A stretch of 64,000 nt of DNA from the NCBI RefSeq assembly GCF_036971445.1, contig NC_091469.1:54126001-54190000 (forward strand), in the 5' to 3' direction. A program made the translations under genes and the position numbers. Position 1 is the stretch's first letter. Each line of letters opens with the position of its first letter. The notes under the pieces were generated by a model. The model was not told where the DNA came from. It saw nothing but the letters and a program-made list of their open reading frames with translations, and ran no database searches. This DNA is from Narcine bancroftii (taxonomy: Eukaryota). Shown here one piece after another: positions 53,320 through 64,000 of this stretch.

Positions 53320-54156
53320 TCCAGTTGCCTACTTTAAAAAAAAATAATGTTCATCAAAGGAACTATTCCACTATTGAGAAAGAACTGTTATTTATAATAT
53401 TTGCTCTGCAGAATTTTGAGGTATATCTCAGTAGCTCTCATAAACCAAATGTGATATTTACTGACCATGATCCTCTGGTGTTTTTGAATAAAATGAAGAA
53501 TAAAAACAGAAGATTTTTAAACTGGAGATTAATGTTATAAGAATATAATCTGCAACTTAATTATATCAGAGTTGCAAATAATGTGGTAGAAGATTGTTTT
53601 TCAAGATGTTAAAATAGATTGTGTATAGAAAAATATTTTCTCAACATTGGGTTACTTTATATTGTGTTACTTTATATCTTATATACATATTATATATTGT
53701 GTATTGTTATCTCTTTAGTGATGTTAAAGACAGTTTAGTTATAACTGAATTTTAACTCAAGATTTAAATTCCTTTAAAGGGGGAAAGTGTGACAGAGTAT
53801 GTAGATATGTTTTTGGGAGATAAATGGGGAAAGGTATGTTAGAGTAGGTTACATAAAAACACTTTAAAACAGATCTTATTTGAAATACTGGAATTTTACT
53901 AATGCTAGACATATCGGCTCCATAGCTTTTGCAAGAGCTTTGGAGAGTACCCAAGAGTCTTCACTAATGGATTGTTGTTTACAAAAGGCAACAGATGAAC
54001 GATCTTGTCAAAGCCACAGACAGTCTGATGGGGAAATTGCTGTTCTAAGAGGGTCATTTGGTTTTGAAAGCAGAGAAAGTCAAACAGGCTTTCTCTCAGA
54101 GAGAGAGTGAGAGAGTGAGAGTGAGAGAGCAAGAGAGAGAGAGAGAGAGAAAGAGT

Positions 54157-54190
<34 letters not shown>

Positions 54191-54868
54191 GATCACTTCT
54201 GCAGTGATACAGCCAGCAGAAGCAGCTGAGACTGGAACAGAGCAAGCTGGCAAGCTTATGGAATGCCCATTTTGAAGATGGCCTAGTCAAAGCCCTTGTG
54301 GTTCATTCAATAGGAGAGGACTGGTTGTCTAATGTTTCACTTGGAATAAGAGAACTAAAATGAACTCTGTGGTGACATGAAATAAATAGGTTATCATCTG
54401 GGGAACCATGAAGGGGCAAGTTTCATCCGCAAGACACTGGAGTGGCTGATGAAGAAGGAATCAGTTGTGGGTGTCATGGAACAACAAAGTTCTTTCTCTG
54501 AAAACTGACATAAACCTTCCTGAGTGGTAACCATTTATCTTTCTAGCACCAAAGCCTGGTGAACTTTATAAAAGTTAAATTCTGTACACAGTATAAGAAC
54601 TGCCTGCAACCAGTGAACATGGAGGAATGAGAAGTGAGATTGGACTGTGAACCAAAGAACTTTTCTGGACTTACACACACACTACATACACATGTGCTTA
54701 GAATTAGAAGGGGGTTAAGTAAGGTTAAGTAAGTCAATAGTGATAAGTTAAAGTTTGATTCTATTTTCATGTTTAAAGATAATTAAAAACAAATTTTGTT
54801 TAAGTAACCATTTGTCTTCGTAAATATCTATTGCTGCTGGGTTTTTGGGGTCCTCTGGGCTTGTAACA
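53320..54868 (+). mobile_element. 3' end of a gypsy (Gmr1-like) LTR retrotransposon: RNase H remnant, PPT, 3' LTR 53788-54868
   Basis: QRNYSTIEKELL..FTDHDPL..NVVEDCFSRC-stop at ~53612; PPT AAAGGGGGAAAG at 53776-53787; LTR TGT...ACA homologous to 10372-11824. Confidence 0.85.
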
Positions 54869-55630
54869 GTGTGAGGTGTTACATTGTGGTAGGATTAATC
54901 AGCAAAGATTATACACATTAAATTGTAGACAATTGCGAGTGCAGTAGAACAAATGGATTTAGGAATTCTGGTATAATTTCCTGAAAGTAGAGTCACATGT
55001 AGATAGGGTGTGAAGAAAGCTTTTGGTATATTGGCCTTCATAAATCAAAATATTGTGTACAGGAGTTGGTATGTCATGTTGAAGTTGTATAAGGCATTGG
55101 TAAAGCCAAATTTGGATTATTGTGTGCAGTTTTGGTCGCCGAATTATAGGAAGGATATCCACAAAATAGCGAGAGTGCAGAGAAGATTTACAAGAATGTT
55201 GCCTGAGTTTCTGTGTTTGATTACGGGGAAAATTTAATCAGACTAGGACATTATTCCCTGGAGCATAGAAAATTGAGGGGTGATTTGATAGAGGTATTAA
55301 AAAATATGTGGGGGACAGATAGAGTAAATGTGGACAGGCTTTTTTCAATTGAGAGTGGGGGAGATTGAAACAAGGAGACATGGATTGAGATTGAATGGAG
55401 AAAAGTTGAGGGGAAACATGAGGGGGAATTTCTTCACTCAGAGTGTGGAATGAGCTTCCAGCCAAAGTGGCAGATGTCGGCTTGATTTTAATATTTAAGG
55501 AAAAGTTGGATAGTTATATGGATGAGTTATAGGCTGGGTGCAGGTCAATGGGACTAGGTGGGAGAAGGTGTTTGGCATTGACAAGAAGGGCCAAACAGGC
55601 CTGTTTCTGTGCTGTAATTGTTATATGGTA
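54869..55630 (+). mobile_element. CR1 3' portion
   Basis: KKAFGILAFI...RVQRRFTRMLP; GTTATATGG tail. Confidence 0.88.
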
Positions 55631-55803
55631 AATAAACTAGCTGTGGAGTACAGAGAGAATTTCTTTAAAATCAATAAAGTGCACAAGTAAGAGTTCTTAA
55701 AATGAGTCTACGATAGAGTTTATTGTTGACGAGTCTGATAGTGGAGGGGTAGCAGCTATTCCTGAACCTGGTGGTGTGAGTCTTGTCCTACCTATACGTC
55801 TTT

Positions 55804-57133
55804 TTTTTTAATACTTTATTTATATTTTTTTAAACCACAATAATAGTTACATTACATTCAATTCTAAATTATTTCAAAAGAAATCAAACATGTTAAATAT
55901 ATCATCCCAACCCCCCCCCCCCAACCCATCCTCCTATCTCCCATCCCCCACCCCTAAAAGAAAAAAAAAAGAAGACAGAAAGAAAAACTGGAGAATGCCA
56001 AGAAAATAAAACATTTATACAATAAAGTTTATTGGAAGAAGAGAGCCAATCATTACATGCAAACCAACATTTTGTAAATATGAGCTCCATATTTTCCAAA
56101 AATCATGATATTTATTTTGCAAAGTATAAGTAATTTTCTCTAATGTGTGTATGCAGCTATAAAGTTCTGCATGTCATCTTTCCATACCTAAATCTATTTC
56201 CATAATTGAACATACATTTCCTAGAAACTGCTAAAGCAATCAACACAAATTCAATTTAATAAATACTTAATTTTAATTTGGCCTTGTAGCCAAATTAATA
56301 TTACTCAATAAAAATAACATCGGATCCTGTGGGAATTTAACCCCTGTGATTTGTTCCAAAAGATAAGCTAACCCTAACCAAAATTGTCTAACTTTAGGAC
56401 ATTGCCAAGTTGAATGGAAAAAAGTTCCAATCTCAGATCTACATCTAAAACACAAATCTGATATGGCAGGATTTAATCTATTTAATTTTTGTGGAGTCAA
56501 ATATAATTGATGTAAACTAACCTATATCTTACATTTATAAGTTTAGTCATATTATTCTGACACAAATCCATCCAATGCTTTTCACGAAAGAGATTGTTAG
56601 ATTATTTGAAGTAAATTAGAGTTGAAATTACTTTTTTATAGGGAAACTCATTTATCTGAGAAATAACATCAAAAATTGAAAGAGATTAGGTTGACCAAGT
56701 TTTAACTCTAAAGCAAGGGGTGTGGCAATTTTATTTAAATAAATGTTACCTATTAAAATTCATAAAGTAATTACTGATCCTATGGGAAGGTTTGTATTAG
56801 TAAATTGTCAAATTTATCCGGATGATTGGACTTTGATGAACATTTATGCACCAAACATAGATGATGAAGAATTTAATATGGATACATTTATATATTTAGC
56901 TGAGACACATCAAAAAATATTGGTAGGAGGGGATTTTAATTGTTGTTTGGTCCAGTTTTGGATAAAACAACCAAATCAGTTACTCGAGCTAAAGCAGCAA
57001 AGACAATTTGGATTTGTAACACTACTGTAAATAAATTTATCTCAGTAATGTATAACTTACTTCAAACTAAACCAAATTGGGGTGCATAAATCAAGATTAA
57101 AATGGGAAACAGATTTATATATACAAATAAATT
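55804..57133 (-). mobile_element. L1 LINE with inverted 5' segment, inserted in a Rex1 copy
   Basis: T-run at 55801-55809; minus-strand CFRCRSEIGTFFHSTWQC; plus-strand endonuclease (NIYAPN, GGDFN) at ~56590-57010; 15-bp TSD 55789-55803 / 57134-57148. Confidence 0.82.
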
Positions 57134-57630
57134 TACCTAGACTTCTTTCCTGATGGCAGCAGAGAGAACAGAGCATGTGTCAGGTGGTGTAGATCCTTGA
57201 TGATTGCTGCTGCTCTCTGATGGCAGCGTTCCCTCTAGATGATCTTGATAGTGGGGACGGTTTCATCTGTGAGGTCCTGGTCGGTGACTACAACCTTTTG
57301 GAGGGCTTTATGCTCAGGAATATTGGTGTCCCCATACCAGACAGCACACCCTCCACCACACATCTGTAGAAATTTTCCAGGGTTTCTGGTGTCATACCAT
57401 GCCTCCACAAACTCCTGAGGAAGTAGAAGTGCTGACTTGCTTTCTTTGTGATGCCATTGGTGTGTTGGGTCCAGGAAAGGTCGACCAAGAGAGTGACTCC
57501 CAATTTGCTCACCTTCCCCCACCCCCCCTCCACCCCCGACCCTCCAATGATCACTGGATTGTATACCTTTGGCTTTCCTTCAACAGTCAGCTCCTTAGTT
57601 ATGATGACACTGAGTTGAGTGAGGATAGTT
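57134..57630 (-). mobile_element. Rex1/Babar LINE (its 3' end is at ~55650-55800)
   Basis: LGVTLLVDLSWTQHT..KKASQHFYFLRSL..FYRCVVE motif. Confidence 0.8.
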
Positions 57631-60600
57631 GGAGAACTTAAGTTTTATTTCACTGCTTACACCCACATTTTACACTAATTGTACCCCAAATCTTTTTTTA
57701 ATTCTCCCTTCATTTCAAACAGCTCCCCATTTCACTCCAGGTTCCACTGCACACCTACAATTTACAGTCGTCAATTAACTTACTAACAGGGCCATCTTGT
57801 AGGAGGAAACGAACACCAGGAGGAAGGCAGAAGATCAATAATGGCTGCAGTGTTCAGAATTAAAACCAAATTGTTGGAGGTGTGAGACAGAAAATCTGCA
57901 ACAACCAGGTAGGGTTATTTGCCAACAAATTCATCCACTGTCTTCACACTGTTCATGTGTAACAATTTTCTGAATAACTTCATCAGCAAAATAAAGATTC
58001 CATCTAAACACCAAAACCCATTGACTATAAATCCTATGCTGTTGTATTTAAATTGAAGGAAGGAAGTGATACTGGTGTATATTACGGACCAACAAACAAT
58101 GTAAAAGCAGTGCAAATAGAGACCAGTACAATTTTGAAAAAAATGACTATTTGGAAATTGTAATTTATTTCATTGAGCATAAATGGATGCATTCAAATGT
58201 AAAAATGCAAGAAAAATTGAATACAGTTATGAATTTTTTTTTGTTATCTATTTACTATCATCCAATACTTTGTTGTGCACAAGTACACTATTCAGAGTGA
58301 TGCATGATAGGCTGCAGGCACTGTGATTGTAATAAAAACACCAAAATGCTGGAGAACTCAGCTGGTCTCTTCAGCATCTATAGGAGATGAAGATGTTTTG
58401 CCAATGTTTCGAGCCTGAGACCTGCAAATAAAAATCAGAAAAGCACAAAATAGACCAGCTGAGTTCAGTGTTTTTTTTTAATTGTAAGTGCATTCTTCAT
58501 CTGTAAATATGTTTTACTTTTTTTTTATCCTAAGCCAAAGCAAACATGAAAATCAAAGAAAGATCCATCATGATGGCAACAATAAAATAATTGAACAATG
58601 AATCTCACAGAGGAAACTAGAATTGTTTCTATCACTATTCTACTTTTAATTAAATAATAATTTGCTCTGTGTGGTTCATGAAAATATATCAGAAGCTGGT
58701 TACTGCCAAAAGAGATCTCTCCTGACGCTTTGCAATAAACACAATTATGGCTCTTATTCTTCATTTGACTAGATAATTTCAGCAAATGGATAATGAGTGA
58801 AGCAAAATGCATCTTTTACATCAATACGTTATTAATTAACTGGTACCTTTTTGTTCTTAAGTAGTAGCCAGTGATCTAAAATATTTTAGAGTGTTCCCCA
58901 CAGTACCTTAGTGCATCATCCTGGAACACAGGACAGAAATCAATATTTATCATAAATGACCTGTCAACATTTCACGATCATGACAGAAGGAGAAAAAGAA
59001 TCTCAGAAAAGAGAGAATGATTTACCATTATGGAGGTGGGAAAGCCAAAGGCTTTATGAGCCACCAAATATATGTGATTAAATATATCTGAAAATTAAAC
59101 CTCTTATCCTACAATTGATTTATTTAAACATCCAGAATGCCTGACTCTACAGATTAATAGTGCATTCTAGACCAATCCTCACCAAGATTTTCTGAATGGA
59201 AATCAGTCTTATCAATTGTCAATGAACTAACGTTTGAATAAGCACACATCTTCACCCCCAAAATCTTTTAGAGAAACATTCTGTGAATGAACACTAGAAG
59301 CTGAAATCGTGCTATCATTTCTGCAGGGTTATTTAGCTAAAAGCTAGAAATTCTGTAGATCTGAGGTAGCTGCAATGCTGAGAAAGTCAATCTGCTTGCA
59401 AACCCAGATCTACCACATCATTCTGCTCTAGTATGCTCCAAGTTGAACTTGTCTGAAGGGTGCAAGAAACTTCTGGAGGAAGCATATTTTGGCTTTTCAT
59501 TCACTTTTCCTCTGAAGGTATAGAGTACTTTGGCTGTTCGCTTGGAAATCACAGCTTATTTGCATGCTGCTCAGTGTTGAAAAGACTAAAGAAAACTCCT
59601 ATCAACAGTACTGCAGGTTGTAATAGGGAAGAGAGAACAGAGGAGACCTCATGAAGAAGGATAATTTTTCACCATCTTCACCTACAACTTGTCCTCCACT
59701 AAACTATTGGTCGATTTGATTTCATGTACTCTTCCCATTCCTCAGGAATAGATAATACTGAGAACTGATGCACATATACCAGGCTGCTATGGACACATAG
59801 AGTAGAGCTAGTTCGAGCCCTGATTGAGATTTTTAAATGTCATTAAGCAGCAGAAGACTGTAGGACAGCGAATATGGTTCCTTTATGCAAGGGGAGCAGA
59901 GATAAGCCAGACAATTCCAAGCTAGTAAGTCTAACATCAGTTGTGGGGAAGTTATAGGGAAAAAAGTTCTGATGGATGGGTAGATCTGCAGGATTTGATC
60001 AAGGATTGTCAGAAATGATTCATTGGTGGGAGATCCACTCTGACTAATTTGATTGAGTTTTTTGAAGATGTAACTTACAGAGTATGTAGGTTAATTGGTG
60101 TATTTGGACGACATGGACTCATGGGCTGGAAGGGCCTGTTATCGTGCTGTATCGGTAAATTTAAAAAAAATACATAAATGAGAGACATGTGGTTGATGGA
60201 CTTCAGGAACATATTTGAAAAAAGTTCCACAAAAATGTCTGGTGCAAAAAGTTAAACCCCCATGGAATTAAGGGCAAACAGCCAAAATGTATATGGACTA
60301 AATGCAGACAAATGATACTACCCCACAATGTCATCTTGGTTGGCATGACAAGTTGGATGAAAGGTCCTGTTCAAACTTGTATTACTCTATGGCTATCTTT
60401 AAATGGAATATGCAAGCTACATTTACACATGGATTCCAAGAATAGTGCATGAATGAAGCAACTGGAAAAGCTTATACAGGAAGAAGTGATCAAACATTTC
60501 CTGACTTGCTTGAAAAGTCTAAAGGAGAATAAACATAAATGAATGGCTAAAAGATTACATTGCAGAACATGGTCATCCATAAACAAGAGAGGTGCAGATT

Positions 60601-61272
60601 TGCAAGAAGCCGAGATCAAAATATTCAACAAGAGAGGGGATAATCAAGTGTAGAACATATTGATAGAGAAAATGAGCTGGGGCCAATCAGGGAAAGAGTA
60701 AAAGAGACAAGTTTTTTGAATATCACTGCCGATGCTTTCAACACAGTCAGCCTCCACGGGGTAAAAGGGAAGTGATGTCAATATAGGGCATGAAATAGTT
60801 TGACAGTCAACAAGGATTTATTACTGCAGCTTGGAACAAACTCTATCACTTCATTTTGTTATATATAATAATAATAAACTTTGGATTTATCTGAGCCAAG
60901 GGTTAGGAATTAGTTCTGAAGAAGAATGATTTTGCACTTTGCAGTGAAATGCCTGTAAGAAGTTTGTACATTCTCTCTGTGTCTATATGAGTTTTTACTC
61001 ATTAGTCCAGTTTCATCCCACATTCCAAAAACACACAGGGTTAGTGGGATAATTAGTCACATGATAATAATTGGGCAGTGCAGGCTCATGGGTCTGAAGG
61101 GCTTGTTACTGTGCTGTATCTCTAAACTAAACTGAGATTTCATAATAACCCCAACTCATCATTTCAAACCCTGGCATTGCCTGATACCCTCAAGCAACCT
61201 CCAAGCCATGTGGATTAATGAAGAATATGTGTGCCTCTCTGCACCATAATGTTGACATCAGCAACATCCCAA

Positions 61273-61748
61273 CATATAACCATATATGACCATATAACAA
61301 TTACAGCACAGAAACAGGACAATTTGGCTCTTCTAGTCTATGCTGAACACCTTCTCCCACATAGCCCCACTGACCTACATCCAGCCTATAACCTTCCATA
61401 CCTCTCTCATCCATATACCTATCAAAACTTTCCTTAAATCTTAAAATCAAGCCTACATCTACCATTTTGGCTGAAAGCTCATTCCACATACCCACCACCC
61501 TATGAGTGAAGAAATTCCCCCTTGTATTTCCCTTAAACTTTTCTCCCTTCAATCTCAATCCATGTCCTCTTGTTTGAATCTCCCCACTCAATGGAAAAAG
61601 TCTATCCACATTTACTCTATCAATCCCCCTCATAATTTTAAAAACCTCCATCAAATCACCCCCCAATCTTCTAAGCTTCAGGGAATAAAGTCCTAGCCTG
61701 TTTAACCTTTCCTGATAACTCAAACCCTGAAACCCAGCCAACATTCTG
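61273..61748 (-). mobile_element. CR1 3' end
   Basis: LSYQERLNRLGLYSL..GDLMEVFKIM; (CATATAAC)n tail. Confidence 0.9.
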
Positions 61749-61749
61749 G

Positions 61750-64000
61750 GTTTTTTTTTTGAATATTTTAGTTAAAGTTTCTGACCATGCAATTATATAA
61801 TTAATGCAAACAGTGTTTAAGTAAAACAGCAAATTGAATAATTACATGAAAATTATAACCCTCCTGATCCCTCTTCCCCTTCACCCCCCACTAAATAAGA
61901 ATACTGTAAATAAATATGATTAGTTAGAAAAGAAATAAAAAGAAAGAAAACCAAAGATAAAAAGAATAGCATCATTCTGGATTTCACAGAGGATTGGCTT
62001 GCATGCTGGAATCACACAGCATTGATATATGTACATGGTTTCAGGGAAGATGATACAGAACTAAAGGCCAGAAGCAGCCTTATGCATTTATCCTTAACAC
62101 TTGCATATTTGGACTCCAAATCTATACAAAAAACAGAATATTTATTTCTCATATTATATATAATTTTCTCCAAGGAGATACAGCTTTGCATTTCCCAATG
62201 CCATCTTTCCATACCTAAATGAACATCCGACTTCCAAGTCACAGCAATACACTTTTGTGCCACCACTATAGCAATTTTAACAAACTTAATTTGGTAAAAT
62301 GATCATTTTAATGTAGGTCTTGTTCCTGCTATATTCCCCAATTTTTTTAAAAATCTGAGTTTAGTGGAAAAGCAATACCCATAATTTATCGCAAAAACTT
62401 TCTTAGATCTTCCCAAAAAGGTCGAACCTTAGAACATGCCCATGTAGAATGTAAGAAGGTATCTATCTCATCTAAAATATTGATCAGATAAATCCAATTA
62501 ATTTTATGCAATTTTGGAGGTGTCAACTATAATTGATTTCAATAATTGTATTGAACTAAATTATATCTAACGTTAATAATATTTGTCATACAATCATGGC
62601 AAAGTTCAGCCCATCTTTTCTCACCTATCACAATATTCAAATCCTCCTCCCATTTCTGTCTTGGCTTATTATGTCCCCTTTTTTGTGGTACCTGCTTGTG
62701 GCGAGAGGTACATTACAGAAATAAATTTCTTGTTACAACCTTTTTTATTGAGTAGCTCCATCTCACTGCAAGTTTGTAATATCATACTCGCACCTAACGT
62801 CTCTCATAGATATCTCTCAGATGCACATAATGAAAAAGTACATTTTGTGATATTCCATACTTAATTCTTAATTGCTGAAATGACATCAATTGACCTTGTT
62901 CAAAACAATCTTCCACTGTTCTAATTCCATTATGGAACCAAATATTAATAAATTGATAATCCTTTGTAATAGGTATAACAATGTTTAGAAATAGAGGTGT
63001 TTTAGGAGAGATAATACCCAATTCATCATTCAACTTTGTCCAAATATTTATTAAGAGTTTAAGCAAGGGTGATTCTCTCCAATTTATTAAAGTTTGGCCG
63101 AACCCAAATTTGTCCATAACTTTAAACCAAAAAGTCCCTCTCTAATCTATCAAAGTCTTTTTTCAGCACCTAAAACTACAACTACATTCAAATCTTTCCT
63201 TCTTAGTGCTGCATGAATAATACGAATGAGTCTAGCTACATTATCTGCTTAAAGTCTTTCTTCATCAAATCCAGTGCGATCCATATTTATTAATTTAGGC
63301 AATAAATTAGTAGTTATGTTTGCCAAAATTTTGCCACTATTTTATAATCTGCATTCATTAACAAAATTGGTTTGTATGAGGAAGATTTTAAGGGATCTCT
63401 ATCATTTTTCAGCATCACAGTAGAAAATTAATCTGGTATGAGTCCTCGCAGCTTGATCCAACATTTCCATAAAAGTATGGATCAATTCCTCCTTCAATTC
63501 CTTATAAAACTCAGGGAAGAAACTATCTTCCCCCGAGGATTTATTACTTTGCAATGAACATATTGCCTGTTTTCCCTCTAATTGTGTAAATCGAGCACTC
63601 AGCACTTCCTGCTCTTCTAAACTTAGTGAAGGTAGATTTTATGTTTGACAAATACCTATCTATTTTATTATCATCCTTTAACAATTCTGAACAATAAATT
63701 TTTGAAAATAAATTTTTTAAAGTTGAATTATCTCTCAGCATTTGTAAGTCACAATATTAGAATCATCTTTAATTATATTAATCATTCTTGAAGCTTGTTG
63801 AGGTTTCAATTGCCATGTAAGTACTTTATCTATATTTTCCCCTAATTTATAATACCTCTGTTTAGTTTTTGTGATTATTTTTTTAGCTATATAAGTTTGC
63901 AATGTATTAAATTGAAGTTTTTTTGTTAATTAGTTGTTTATACATGTCTGCTGAAGATCACTTCCGAAGGTTTTTTCAATGTTGTTTTCTTTTGTTCCAA
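61750..64000 (-). mobile_element. L1 LINE ORF2, decayed and internally deleted
   Basis: SSGEDSFFPEFYK, YKPILLMNADYK and KFGFG motifs fused at ~63075 to the C-terminal region; VTWKSD..EKIIY; T-run at 61751. Confidence 0.85.

Noticed and set aside
60770-60840. AGTGATGTCA (V-beta decamer-like) and a nearby TAT TAC TGC (YYC)
   Set aside because: No V framework or RSS around them.
1-64000. CRISPR arrays, rRNA/tRNA genes, prokaryotic operons
   Set aside because: None seen. The DNA is eukaryotic, and the only tRNA-like match is the retroviral PBS.

Overview
Eukaryotic, AT-rich, repeat-dense vertebrate DNA. The repeat types (CR1, Rex1/Babar, L1, Penelope-type ends, a very young RTE family) suggest a cartilaginous fish; this is inference. 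Most of the window is nested transposable elements: a class III-like ERV (LTR, tRNA-Ser PBS, decayed gag), five near-identical RTE LINE copies, many CR1/L1/Rex1 fragments, Gmr1-like gypsy LTRs, and pogo, Tc1 and hAT DNA transposons. No intact multi-exon host gene could be identified; one candidate first exon lies at 6814-6894 (-). The standout is a 3.35-kb hAT (Charlie/SPIN/GTF2IRD2-type) transposon at 39081-42431. It has both TIRs and an 8-bp TSD, is inserted into an L1 ORF2, and carries INSIDE its termini a T-cell-receptor-beta-like V exon with a well-formed 23-bp-spacer RSS. Secondary findings are twin-priming-type 5' inversions in an RTE and in an L1, and a 75-bp target duplication around an RTE. 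Boundaries of old repeats are approximate because they were read by eye.
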